From: a virus
Lineage: Duplodnaviria > Caudoviricetes
Strand: one strand, 5' to 3'
Virus record (IMG/VR): IMGVR_UViG_3300005764_000079
Span: 1 to 25,379 of that record
DNA: 25,379 nucleotides
Below the pieces are notes generated by a model. The model was not told the origin of the DNA and searched no databases. It saw only the letters and a program-made list of their open reading frames with translations. Numbering within the stretch: the first letter of the stretch is position 1; every line of letters begins with the position of its first letter. Shown in pieces: positions 14,766 through 23,368 of this stretch. The position numbers were made by a program, and so were the translations under genes.

Positions 14766-15112
14766 GGAACGATCTTCCTTATCTGGAGAGTGGTCTCCCC
14801 GCCTCCGTTGTTCCACACGTTGACTATCTCGAACTGGCCGATCGCCGACAGACCAGAGTCGGGGTCGTAGGGGATGTCCAGAGTGTCTCCCTGGATCGGC
14901 ATGGAAGAGAACTCGACGTCCCGTATGTCGAGGATCGTGTCCTGGTCCTCTATGATGCTCCCGTCCTCGAGTGTCAGGTGGACCTCCCGACTGTCGTAGA
15001 TGCCACGCCCGGTCCCAGTGAAGGAGTTCCCCAACTTCGACGTGAAGTTGACCTGGCGACCGAAGACCGCCTGGCAGGGAGAGTACACCAGCGTGCTGAA
15101 GTTCAGTGCCAC
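14762..15112 (-). CDS. Putative head-tail joining (stopper) protein, lambda FII-like (116 aa)
   Basis: FG..V.F, GI.D, P.QGD.L.I, F.IV....GGG...L.L pattern; size and synteny. Confidence 0.65.
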   Translation of the reverse strand: MALNFSTLVYSPCQAVFGRQVNFTSKLGNSFTGTGRGIYDSREVHLTLEDGSIIEDQDTILDIRDVEFSSMPIQGDTLDIPYDPDSGLSAIGQFEIVNVWNNGGGETTLQIRKIVP

Positions 15113-15516
15113 TTCACGGTCTCCAAGACCCTGTTCATGCGGTCGACCAGCATGTCGTAGAGGAACGGCCTCAGCAGTGGCCTCTGGCTCGCGATGAGCC
15201 TCGATCGCCTGACCTTCTTCCGAACGTACTTCCTCGTCGGCTTGGCGCTGAGCCTCTGGACCTTCCTCGCCCTCCTCCCCCTGTGGGCTCTCCCCTGGTA
15301 TCCCGCCTGTCTCCTCCTGCCTCGAGGCCAGACGATGGTCTCGACCGTGTGGGCGTCGACCATCTTCGTGTACGGCCTCTTGAAGTGGACATCCTGGGTC
15401 TGCCAGTCCTCGGTCTGATTGTACATCTCGAGCGGAAGCGCCTCTATCTGCTTCAGCATGTCGTCGAGAGACCTTATGATGGAGGCGAAGCCATCCATCG
15501 AGAGGGAGAGAGGCAT
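15103..15516 (-). CDS. Putative neck/tail-completion protein, HK97 gp10-like (137 aa)
   Basis: ATG 15516 (TGATG overlap); N-terminal S.DG...I...L..., C-terminal RPLLRP similar to the P.LRP motif of HK97 gp10; weak similarity. Confidence 0.5.
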   Translation of the reverse strand: MPLSLSMDGFASIIRSLDDMLKQIEALPLEMYNQTEDWQTQDVHFKRPYTKMVDAHTVETIVWPRGRRRQAGYQGRAHRGRRARKVQRLSAKPTRKYVRKKVRRSRLIASQRPLLRPFLYDMLVDRMNRVLETVKWH

Positions 15517-16166
15517 CAGACCTCGAGCCTCACGTACTTCATCAGCAGGTTGTCGGCGATCTGGTTGATCAGGCCGACGCCGCCGGCGGGACCCTTGGCG
15601 AGCATCTGGTTGAGGTCGTAGTACATCACCCGACTCTCCTTGTGGGAGATGCTTCGGATGCCGCTGACTCCGTACCTCTGCATGAGGGCCTGGCCCTCCC
15701 TGACCATGAAGACCAGCGCCTGCTTGAGCGCCGGCGGGCACTCGTCGGGAAGCTTGTATCCACCGGAGTAGGTCACCGTGATCGGCTCAGTGTTGGTGAA
15801 CAGCAGCTCGATCTTCCCCGACTTCTCCTCGATCACGTAGGTCGACGGATCGAGGACCGCCCCGCTCGGGCTCTCGACGACCGTCTGGTAGGTCGTGTCG
15901 ATCGGGTAGTGGCTGACGAATATCCTCTTCATGACGTTGGTCTGATCGTACTCCGTGCAGCGCCAGATCTCCTGGACCTCCTCGTAGGCGAACGTCCTGT
16001 TGCAGTACGTCGCTATGACGTCGGAGTAGTTGTCGATGTACATCGCCAGCTGGGTGTCCTGGCTCGTGTCCGTCGAGGGAATTCCGAACATCGTCTTGAG
16101 CTCGTCGAGCGACACGAGGTCGAAGTCGGTGGCGGCGGTGAGGATCGACACGACCCTGTCAGCCAT
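15516..16166 (-). CDS. Head-tail connector/adaptor protein (gp6-like, 216 aa)
   Basis: LVSLDELK...GI...D..L...I...S..I..YC.R.F and ITVTY.GGY.....P..LKQA motifs; GGAG RBS. Confidence 0.82.
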   Translation of the reverse strand: MADRVVSILTAATDFDLVSLDELKTMFGIPSTDTSQDTQLAMYIDNYSDVIATYCNRTFAYEEVQEIWRCTEYDQTNVMKRIFVSHYPIDTTYQTVVESPSGAVLDPSTYVIEEKSGKIELLFTNTEPITVTYSGGYKLPDECPPALKQALVFMVREGQALMQRYGVSGIRSISHKESRVMYYDLNQMLAKGPAGGVGLINQIADNLLMKYVRLEV

Positions 16167-17439
16167 TGCGATCTCCGTGGTACTGCTCGAAGAACGGGTG
16201 GAGATCGAGCGGCTCTCCCCTCGACCCGTCGGCGAGGATCGGCACCGCCTCGTAGCTCTCCCTCCTGATCTCCCATCCCTTGATCGAGATCGTCACGACC
16301 TTCGTGATCCCAGCTGGACCCTGCTCGCCTCTCGGTCCCGGCTTCCCCGGCTTTCCCGCCGAGGCGATCAGCTGCCAGCCGTCGCCCGGGCACGCTCCCG
16401 GGTTGTCCATCCTGGCAACGAAGCTCGAGCCGTTGAGGGCCACGATGTTCAAGTGCGAGTAGGACTCGCCCTCGCTGAAGGTCCCTCGGACGACAGGAGT
16501 GGAGGCGTTCCTCCCGGCCAGAGCCACGCAGGCCCAGTCCTCGTGGGGAGGCTCCCTGGCCGTGTCAGAACGCGCCTGATAGGTGCTGCCCTTGTGGGCT
16601 ACTAGGTCCCCCTCGTAGAAGACTGAGCCATGGGTGAACGCCTTGAGCGATCTGAGCTGGCCCGGGGTACCATCCCGGCCATCCTTGCCGGCAGGGCCGG
16701 GGGGTCCAGAGGTACCTGGTTCCCCTCTCTCCCCGGCTGGGCCGACAGGGCCTTGAGCCCCGACCTCTCCAGGCGGTCCAAGGTCGCCATCTTTTCCTGG
16801 GTCACCCTTCTCGCCGCGATCGCCAGGTAGGCCGGCTGGGCCGGGTACGCCCGGAGCGCCTTGATCTCCCTTCGCACCTGATTCGCCGACACTGCCGGGT
16901 TCACCCGGAGGCCCGACCGCTCCAGGTTCGCCGCGTTCGCCCTTCTCTCCCTGAGAACCAGGCTCGCCGCGTTCTCCTCGAGGACCAGCCTCTCCCTGAG
17001 GACCTGGTGGGCCCGAATCTCCTTGGTCTCCCTTCTCCCCAGCAGGGCCTTGAAGTCCTCCGGGACCCTGAGCCCCTGCTGGACCAATTGGACCCTGCTC
17101 GCCCACTGGACCTGTCTCGCCGGCCACTCCCCTCTCGCCGGCTGGACCCACTGGACCAGCGTCTCCGTCCTTGCCGTCCTTGCCGTCCTTGCCATCTCTC
17201 AGCTCCGCCAGACGATCTGCGATCCTTCCCTCCAGCGTGGCGACCTTCGCCTCGAGCCTCGCTATGATCGACGAGGACTGGGCCTCCATCAGCCTGGTGT
17301 AGTTCTCCCAGCGTTCCTCCTGGCGATCAAGAACTTCCGCCAGGGCGATCCTCCAGGCGTCGAGCAGCGTGTCGCCGCTGTCGTCCGACGGACTCGGTAA
17401 GCTTGAGGAGGTTTCTGACTTCCCGTTGAGTGTCTGCAT
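16159..17439 (-). CDS. Collagen-like fibre protein with N-terminal coiled coil and two CBM5/12-like repeats (426 aa)
   Basis: 60 uninterrupted Gly-X-Y triplets (aa 83-262), then Y.GDLV.H.GSTYQA........DW and Y....IVA.NGSSFVA........GW, then a second short Gly-X-Y run. Confidence 0.88.
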   Translation of the reverse strand: MQTLNGKSETSSSLPSPSDDSGDTLLDAWRIALAEVLDRQEERWENYTRLMEAQSSSIIARLEAKVATLEGRIADRLAELRDGKDGKDGKDGDAGPVGPAGERGVAGETGPVGEQGPIGPAGAQGPGGLQGPAGEKGDQGDSGPPGPQGEAGPRGERGEPGSQGEKGERGEPGAVGPPGEPGSVGESGAKGDQGAPGVPGPAGLPGDRGEKGDPGKDGDLGPPGEVGAQGPVGPAGERGEPGTSGPPGPAGKDGRDGTPGQLRSLKAFTHGSVFYEGDLVAHKGSTYQARSDTAREPPHEDWACVALAGRNASTPVVRGTFSEGESYSHLNIVALNGSSFVARMDNPGACPGDGWQLIASAGKPGKPGPRGEQGPAGITKVVTISIKGWEIRRESYEAVPILADGSRGEPLDLHPFFEQYHGDRNG

Positions 17440-18817
17440 CTAGGTAAACCTTATCGGGAGGCGGAGGCTTCGGCGGAGACGGCTTGGCGTCGTCCGCCGG
17501 AGGAGGCTTTGCGTCGGCCGGAGGTTCAGGTTTTGGAGCCGCAGGAGACGGAGGAGCTGCTGGGATGGCTCCAGCGGCGCTGAGAGGGACGACCTGCTGC
17601 TGAACTCTCGGCTCGTCTCCGAACTTGACATCGGGAAGTCCCTCTTGGTTGCGGGCCTCGTTCGGGGCGTAGATGCCTCCCTGAACTCCTCGAGCGAGCG
17701 CGTCTATCCGATCCTTCAGCGCCGACCTCAGCAGTGCTGCCGTGTCGAACTCGACGTACTCGTCGGGCTGGCCCTTGAGATTGAAGAGGTTGCCGACCGC
17801 CTCCTCGACGTGGTTGAGGCAGAAGCCGAGGCCGGTCGCGATCCAGCTCTGCATCAGCATCTCCGTGCTGCCGAACGGCGCTCCTCCTACGCCGAGGATC
17901 TGGAGCGGCACCCTGAAGGCCAGGGCGATCTGCTCGTTCGAGAGCTTGAACATCTCCGCGATCGCGGCGTCCTTGCCGGTCTGCGCCCAGGGCTGGACCT
18001 TGAGACCCGCGGTGAGGATCGGCGTCCCGCCCATGAACCGGCCCTTGACCTGCTCGTTCCACCTGTCTCTCAGGGCCTGGACCTGGTCCTTGTCCATGAC
18101 GAGGTCGGTGGTGAGGACCGCCGACGGCCTGGCCTCGTTCGCGTAGAAGGAGTTCTGCTGCTTGATGATCGCCTCGGACATCCCGATCTCGCCGTAGGCC
18201 GACGCGATCGGGCTCTCTCCGACGAGAGGGCGAGGAAATCTCCTGCGATAGTGGAGCTTGATGTGAAGCACGTCTCGCTCGGGGACCACTATGAACTGCT
18301 CTCCGAGCGTCTTCGCCAAGATGTCGTTCCCGCCAAGGAAGTAGAATATCTCACCGGTCTCGGACAATCTTGGGTAGGAGATCGCAGGGTTCATCAAGTG
18401 GAGCTCGTCGATCTCGTAGCGGTCGTTGCGGATGGCGACGGCGTAGGAGTTTCCGTGAAGGTACAGCTCCCTCACGGTGTTGAGGAGGAAGTCGCTGATC
18501 GACTGATACCCGTTCGGGTAGCGGAGGATGCGGGCGAGAGCGGAGTTCTTCACCCGCTCTCTCCCGCCGTTGTCCTTGGTGCGCCAGTGGTCGCCCGGGC
18601 ACATCGCGACAGTCTGGGAGTACGCGGAGACGCACGCCTCGACCATCGCGTTGCAGGCTCCTGGGTAGTAGGGGACGATCCCCTCCTGCCACCAGTTCTG
18701 AGAGACCCCGTCCGGGAGCCACCCGCCGGTCACCGGCAAGAGGTACGGGCCTGGGCGGAAGTTTCCTTCCGCCGCCGACTTCAAGACGGACTTCAGCCTG
18801 GCAAGAACACCGGCCAT
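17327..18817 (-). CDS. HK97-family portal protein (496 aa, Pro-rich C-terminal tail)
   Basis: V.ACV...SQTVA, L..PN.YQS..DF, L.GNSY, DVLHIK, G.SPI, FYAN.ARPS.VL, QIA.AFRVP..ILG, NEAR..EGLP...GDE. Confidence 0.95.
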   Translation of the reverse strand: MAGVLARLKSVLKSAAEGNFRPGPYLLPVTGGWLPDGVSQNWWQEGIVPYYPGACNAMVEACVSAYSQTVAMCPGDHWRTKDNGGRERVKNSALARILRYPNGYQSISDFLLNTVRELYLHGNSYAVAIRNDRYEIDELHLMNPAISYPRLSETGEIFYFLGGNDILAKTLGEQFIVVPERDVLHIKLHYRRRFPRPLVGESPIASAYGEIGMSEAIIKQQNSFYANEARPSAVLTTDLVMDKDQVQALRDRWNEQVKGRFMGGTPILTAGLKVQPWAQTGKDAAIAEMFKLSNEQIALAFRVPLQILGVGGAPFGSTEMLMQSWIATGLGFCLNHVEEAVGNLFNLKGQPDEYVEFDTAALLRSALKDRIDALARGVQGGIYAPNEARNQEGLPDVKFGDEPRVQQQVVPLSAAGAIPAAPPSPAAPKPEPPADAKPPPADDAKPSPPKPPPPDKVYLDADTQREVRNLLKLTESVGRQRRHAARRLEDRPGGSS

Positions 18818-18821
18818 TGCT

Positions 18822-19127
18822 CTACTCGTGCCTGGAGTGAGCCCTCGCGTCTCTCGTCTGGTAGCTCTGCGGCTTGCTCGGAGAGGAAGCCGGAGTCACC
18901 ACCTTGTCCTGGATCGGACCACCGTGCGGGTCGGGGTCGGACCCGTCGGCCTCGTGCTCGAGGATGTGAGCCCCGCACGCGGCGAGGTCGTTCTCCTCCT
19001 GGGTCGGAGTCGGCTTGCCCTTCATCTTCGAGGAGTACTGAGCCCTCGACTCGTCCGACGCCTTCTTCTCCGCCTCGGCGAGCTTCTTCGCGTTCTCTGT
19101 CGCCGAGTCGTCTGCGAGCTTGGTCAT
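18822..19127 (-). CDS. Small hypothetical head-module protein (101 aa)
   Basis: AGGAG RBS; fills the capsid-portal gap; contains KPTPTQEENDLA; function unknown. Confidence 0.75.
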   Translation of the reverse strand: MTKLADDSATENAKKLAEAEKKASDESRAQYSSKMKGKPTPTQEENDLAACGAHILEHEADGSDPDPHGGPIQDKVVTPASSPSKPQSYQTRDARAHSRHE

Positions 19128-19145
19128 GGCAGTGGTCTCCTATGT

Positions 19146-19201
19146 TGCGGGGTCCCTGATCTCCCCGGAGTCATCGGATCGTCGATCAGGGTCCCCTTGC
19201 A
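19146..19201 (-). promoter_or_regulatory. Long stem-loop downstream of the major capsid gene
   Basis: Inverted repeat 19149-19161 (GGGGTCCCTGATC) / 19184-19196 (GATCAGGGTCCCC), 12 of 13 paired; no poly-U tail. Confidence 0.55.
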
Positions 19202-19242
19202 TTCCCCATAACTCCCGGCTGGGCCGGTGGGTTCAGCAACTC

Positions 19243-21375
19243 CTACCAGGTGACGTTCTGGGTCCAGGCCACAGTTCCCGCGCGACGCTGGAGCCAGTTC
19301 AGCGGCATGACCATGCGAAGCGCGAGAGAGTCGGTCTGGAAGAGCGACCGCTGGGGAGCGGCCACGGTGCTCGGAGAGGCAACCAGCTCGAGGGGGGTGG
19401 TGTCCTCCATGTGGAGAGTCGCCTGGTCGCTGATCTCCATCCGAGGGGCCTCCCCGCCGACGACCACGAAGTCCGCGGCGTCGACCAGGATCATGGTCTT
19501 CGCTGCGACCGTCGCGCTGTCGATGTACGGGATGTTGCCGAGCGTCCCGGCCCTGATCTCGTCGCGGAACGGGAAGATGCCGGTGTTCGCGGCGGACAGC
19601 AGCGAGGCCCTGAGCATGTCCGTCTGATTGACGAGCCACACCGGGTTGCGGACGTTGCCGTAGGTCCCTGCGCTGATCGCGCTGATCAGCGCTGTCAGGT
19701 CCCCTACGAGAGCCGCGATACCACCGCCGGCAGTGGCGGTGGTGGCAGCCACTCCGTTGAGCAGGCCGGCGGGCCTGATGGTCGTGGCGGCGTTGGCGTC
19801 GATCAGGACGCTGTCGATCGCGATCTGGGTGTCCTCGGAGATCGCGTCGCGGAGCAGGCCCTCGATCGCGGGGATCGAGTGGACGTCCATCTCCCTGGTC
19901 CAGGTCGTGATCACGGCCATCTTCTTCGGCACGAGCGTCTGGGTCGTGAACGCCCCCTGCCTGACCGGGATCGGCATGCCCTCTCCCACGAACGACCCGG
20001 CCAGGGTCGGAGTGCGGGAGCGAGTCGGGATCCGGATCGAGCCGGAGGCCCCGAAGCCCAACGTGAGACCCCGCGGGGCGAGCCGCGTGAGGATCGCCTT
20101 GGGGATCAGCAGCGGCATCAGCGCCGCGTAGCTGATCTGGGCGAGCTCCGCCGCCCACCCGGTCACGGTCGTCATGGCCGGGGCCGAGGCCGACCTCAGG
20201 ACGATCTCCGACATGAACTTCACGCCCTCGTCCTTGTACTCCGGGAAGGTCTCTGCGATCTTCGCGCGAGTCTCCTCGGTCGACTTGCCCCAGGTCTTCG
20301 CGGCGTAGCACAGGGTGCCGGCCTTGATGAACAGCTCGACGAGGTCGACGCTGTCCCTGGTCCGATTGACGATCACGGAGGGAGCCGCGACCTTGCCCTC
20401 CTGCTGCTCCCGGCGAGTCCCGGTGACGACGAGGGCTCGACCGCCGCCCTGGCCGTCGTCCATCGAGGTCTTCGCCAGAATCTTCTCGCTGTCGATCAGG
20501 GCGTCCCTGGTCTTCTGGAGCTGAACGATGTCAGCGTTGAGCCTCGATGTCGTCTCGAGGTCGGAGTTGCTGACGTTCGAGTCGTCCATCTTCTCGAGAT
20601 GGGAGTTGAGTGCATCCTGCTTGGAGGTGATGCTCTCCTCCAGAGACCGGATGCGATCGGCTAAGGTGGACATCGTCCTACCTCTCTTGTTTCCGTTTCG
20701 CTCGGCTTGCCCGCCGGGAAACTCGCGGCGCTTGACACTGTCTCTCTTGCCTTGCCCGGCGAAGACAACGTCCATCGTTTCGCGAGATATGTTCAACGAC
20801 TTGGCGACCGCCAAGGCATTGGGATTGGCCGGTACCGCGACCAGGCTGGTCTCTACGAGCTCGCTCTTCGTGTAGGCGTAACCCCAGTCGGAGCCGTCTC
20901 GCTTCTCCATCTCCACCGGGCGGAAGCCCACGGAGACGGCCTTCAGGATGCCGGCCTCGACCAGCCGCCTGATCTCGTCGACCCTGTTGCTGGTCCCCGA
21001 GGGAGCCAGCTCGAGGTGTCCTCTCAGCTGCTTGTTCTCGACCCTGACGTTGTTCCACTTCCCGATCGGGAAGCCCGCCTGGTGGTTGAACAGGGCGATC
21101 GGGTTCTTCTTGAACGCCCTGAGGTCCCACCCGTCGGAGAGGATCACGTCGTCAAGGCGGTCCGGCGTCTCGTCGCTGAGGATGAACTCCATCCCCTCGA
21201 CGTCGCTCGAGTGGGTCTTCCTCCTGATCCCGTCCGTGGAAGACCTGTTGTTCCAGATCCACTCGCACACGTCCTCGTCTCCGAGCTCGTCGACGCATCG
21301 CTCCATGAAGGAGTCGATGTCTTCGCCGTCGTCCGGCTCTATGTCGGACTGCTTGATGGATTGCTTGGTCTTCAT
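19243..21375 (-). CDS. HK97-type prohead protease-major capsid protein fusion (710 aa)
   Basis: Start ATG 21375 (ATGA overlap with the methyltransferase stop). Protease motifs NPIALFNH, PIGKW, AVSVGF, ELVETSLVAVPANPNA; then a coiled-coil delta/scaffold-like region; capsid motifs FVGEG.PIP, PKKMAVI, RPAGLLNG, GTLGNIP, SLFQTDSLALR. Confidence 0.95.
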   Translation of the reverse strand: MKTKQSIKQSDIEPDDGEDIDSFMERCVDELGDEDVCEWIWNNRSSTDGIRRKTHSSDVEGMEFILSDETPDRLDDVILSDGWDLRAFKKNPIALFNHQAGFPIGKWNNVRVENKQLRGHLELAPSGTSNRVDEIRRLVEAGILKAVSVGFRPVEMEKRDGSDWGYAYTKSELVETSLVAVPANPNALAVAKSLNISRETMDVVFAGQGKRDSVKRREFPGGQAERNGNKRGRTMSTLADRIRSLEESITSKQDALNSHLEKMDDSNVSNSDLETTSRLNADIVQLQKTRDALIDSEKILAKTSMDDGQGGGRALVVTGTRREQQEGKVAAPSVIVNRTRDSVDLVELFIKAGTLCYAAKTWGKSTEETRAKIAETFPEYKDEGVKFMSEIVLRSASAPAMTTVTGWAAELAQISYAALMPLLIPKAILTRLAPRGLTLGFGASGSIRIPTRSRTPTLAGSFVGEGMPIPVRQGAFTTQTLVPKKMAVITTWTREMDVHSIPAIEGLLRDAISEDTQIAIDSVLIDANAATTIRPAGLLNGVAATTATAGGGIAALVGDLTALISAISAGTYGNVRNPVWLVNQTDMLRASLLSAANTGIFPFRDEIRAGTLGNIPYIDSATVAAKTMILVDAADFVVVGGEAPRMEISDQATLHMEDTTPLELVASPSTVAAPQRSLFQTDSLALRMVMPLNWLQRRAGTVAWTQNVTW

Positions 21376-21950
21376 GGTCTTCGTCCTTCTGCCCTCATGA
21401 ACGCCAGCCAGGAGTTCTCCACGCAGTCGATCCTCCAGCCCTCGTTCCTCAGCATGTCGAGCGCCTGGGTGACCTCGACGGCTGGGTTGTTGTAGTCGTG
21501 CCAGACGATGATGCCTCCCGGTCGCAGCAGGGTCCTCGCCAGGTGGCTCTCGTGGACCACGGCCTCGTAGCTGTGGTCCCCGTCGATGAACACCGCGTCG
21601 CACCTCTCGAGCTCGTCGGGAGCGAGCATGTGCTCGGTGGTGAGGAGGAAGAACCTCTGGTCGTCCGAGGCGAACGTTCCGGCCCCTCTCGGGACCTCGG
21701 CCATCTGGCACTTCAGGGTCGGAGAGTGGTCGATCGGGACGTCGATCCCGATGTACTTCTCCAAGGTGCTCACGTTGTCGAGGAGGCGAGCGGCGGTGAC
21801 CCCGTAATTGCACCCGAACTCGATCATCACCCTCGGCGACACGCTCTTCACCAGGGAGACCAGCAGGGAGGTCTCCTCGGGCGTCATGTACATCGAGAAC
21901 GGTCCCTCGATCATCCGCATGTCCAGGTCCTGCCAAGACCACCTTCTCAT
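21372..21950 (-). CDS. Class I SAM-dependent methyltransferase (Methyltransf_24-like, 192 aa)
   Basis: IEFGCNYGVTA (motif I), YIGID, DAVFIDGDHSYEAV, LRPGGIIVWHDY. Confidence 0.9.
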   Translation of the reverse strand: MRRWSWQDLDMRMIEGPFSMYMTPEETSLLVSLVKSVSPRVMIEFGCNYGVTAARLLDNVSTLEKYIGIDVPIDHSPTLKCQMAEVPRGAGTFASDDQRFFLLTTEHMLAPDELERCDAVFIDGDHSYEAVVHESHLARTLLRPGGIIVWHDYNNPAVEVTQALDMLRNEGWRIDCVENSWLAFMRAEGRRP

Positions 21951-21951
21951 G

Positions 21952-22188
21952 TCACGGCTCCTGAGGAGGAACTTCCTCGGAGGGGATCACCGAGCTCTCG
22001 TCTCCTATGAACCAGAGCATGTCTGGTCCGACGAACACCAGCTGCCACCCGAGCGATCCGATCTCGTTGAGACGATCGCTCAGGGCGACCTTGTCTCCCG
22101 TGGGGATGTCCTCGCAGTAGTACCTGAACACCACCGGCTGAGCCACAGTTGGAGTGGTCGACTTCTTCCTCTTCGGCTTCCTAGCCAT
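21952..22188 (-). CDS. Small hypothetical protein, DUF4177-like (78 aa)
   Basis: Start ATG 22188 with GGAGG RBS; LNEIGSLGWQLV resembles the LN.LG..GWELV motif of DUF4177. Confidence 0.55.
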   Translation of the reverse strand: MARKPKRKKSTTPTVAQPVVFRYYCEDIPTGDKVALSDRLNEIGSLGWQLVFVGPDMLWFIGDESSVIPSEEVPPQEP

Positions 22189-23368
22189 GCATCGCCTCCA
22201 GGGCACTGGACCAGTCTCCCGGCGTCCTCTGAGAGACCATCTTGACGCCGCGGTACCAGCTCGTTCTCCATCGCCAGCTGTGCCAGTGGGAGAGGAGACC
22301 GGTCACCTTGGGATGACCGATCGCCCCCGCCAGGTGGATGGCAGCAGTGTCCACACTGACTATCTCGTTCATGTGAGCCATCAATGCGGCGCAGTCGGCG
22401 AAGTCGACGAAGGAGTGCGAAACGACTCCGCACTCCCTCGCCTCGTCTGCACCCTGTAGCTGTACGCTGTGGATCTCCACGTCCTCTCTCCTCCGCAGGT
22501 GGTCCACGAGCAGCTCGAGATCGATCTCCCTCGGAAAGTCTCCAGGGCTCGGCTTCCCCACGCTCCACGCGACCCCGACGCGCTTCTTCATCCTGGGCCC
22601 GAGCGTCTCTCCCCATCTGGTCACTTCGCCCTTGTCGACCGTGACGTAGCGCGAGTCGTCGATCAATCCTGGTCTCACGTCCCTGTGATAAAGCAGGTGG
22701 AGGATCGGGCAGAAGTAGTCGCAGTCGACCAGCGAGCTCGAGACCTCCCCGAACTGGGACGCCGTCCTCGCAAGCTCCCGCGGCACGACCATGGTCGCGT
22801 GGGGCGGGACGAAGCGGAGCGCCATGATCGTGTCGCCGAACCCATGAGCGTGGATCACCGACAGGCGACCGGGCTCTCCCTTCCACGGCTTGAGACCGAG
22901 GGCGAGAGCCTCCGCGACCTGGGGTCGCATGAACGGCTTCTCCTGCTCGCATCGCCAGTACTCTCGGAAGCCTTCGCTCCACCTTCCCATGTGGAGGAGG
23001 ATCATCGCCCTGTTGAACCTCGAGCGGAGGGTCTCGATGATCCTCATCGACATCTCGATCGCCTCGAGGGCCTCGTTCAGCTTCCCGTCCTTGTGGAGCG
23101 ACACCGCGAGGTTGAAGTACAGCAGGTAGGCGTCGATGTCGACGGGAGACTCGTTGGTGATCCTCCGCCTGCCGATCGGTCGACCGTTGCTGAACACGGT
23201 GATGACGTCGGGGATGACTGCCTTGTGACCGTTCGACCCGCGGACCTCGTAGACCTCTCCCTGGGCGGTCAGCCCGCGCCAGCCGTAGTCGGTCTCCTCC
23301 ACGGAGACGATCGGCTCCATCTCCTCGAGGGCGTCTACGTACGCCTCGCCTTCTCTTCCCACTATCAT
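22181..23368 (-). CDS. TPR-containing glycosyltransferase, GT9/GT-B-like (395 aa)
   Basis: Start ATG 23368 (TGATG overlap). TPR-like helices, FN.A..LL..G.W.EGF.EY..R, HGFGDTIM..RF, DYFCPI..L, RVGVAW, DFADCAAL....IVSVDTAAIHLAGAIG.P, WRW...WY, Q..PGDW. Confidence 0.85.
   Translation of the reverse strand: MIVGREGEAYVDALEEMEPIVSVEETDYGWRGLTAQGEVYEVRGSNGHKAVIPDVITVFSNGRPIGRRRITNESPVDIDAYLLYFNLAVSLHKDGKLNEALEAIEMSMRIIETLRSRFNRAMILLHMGRWSEGFREYWRCEQEKPFMRPQVAEALALGLKPWKGEPGRLSVIHAHGFGDTIMALRFVPPHATMVVPRELARTASQFGEVSSSLVDCDYFCPILHLLYHRDVRPGLIDDSRYVTVDKGEVTRWGETLGPRMKKRVGVAWSVGKPSPGDFPREIDLELLVDHLRRREDVEIHSVQLQGADEARECGVVSHSFVDFADCAALMAHMNEIVSVDTAAIHLAGAIGHPKVTGLLSHWHSWRWRTSWYRGVKMVSQRTPGDWSSALEAMHG

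Noticed and set aside
21376-21942. 899-aa version of the protease-capsid ORF, and similar 5' extensions of baseplate J (1558), gp46 (1830), 15741, 14816, 23434 and 24879
   Set aside because: The extensions run through upstream genes in another frame and read as Arg/Pro-rich junk; coupled starts at the upstream stop codons give typical N-termini.
22165-22185. NLS-like RKPKRKK in the 78-aa ORF
   Set aside because: Short basic N-termini are common in phage proteins and nothing else suggests a eukaryotic target.
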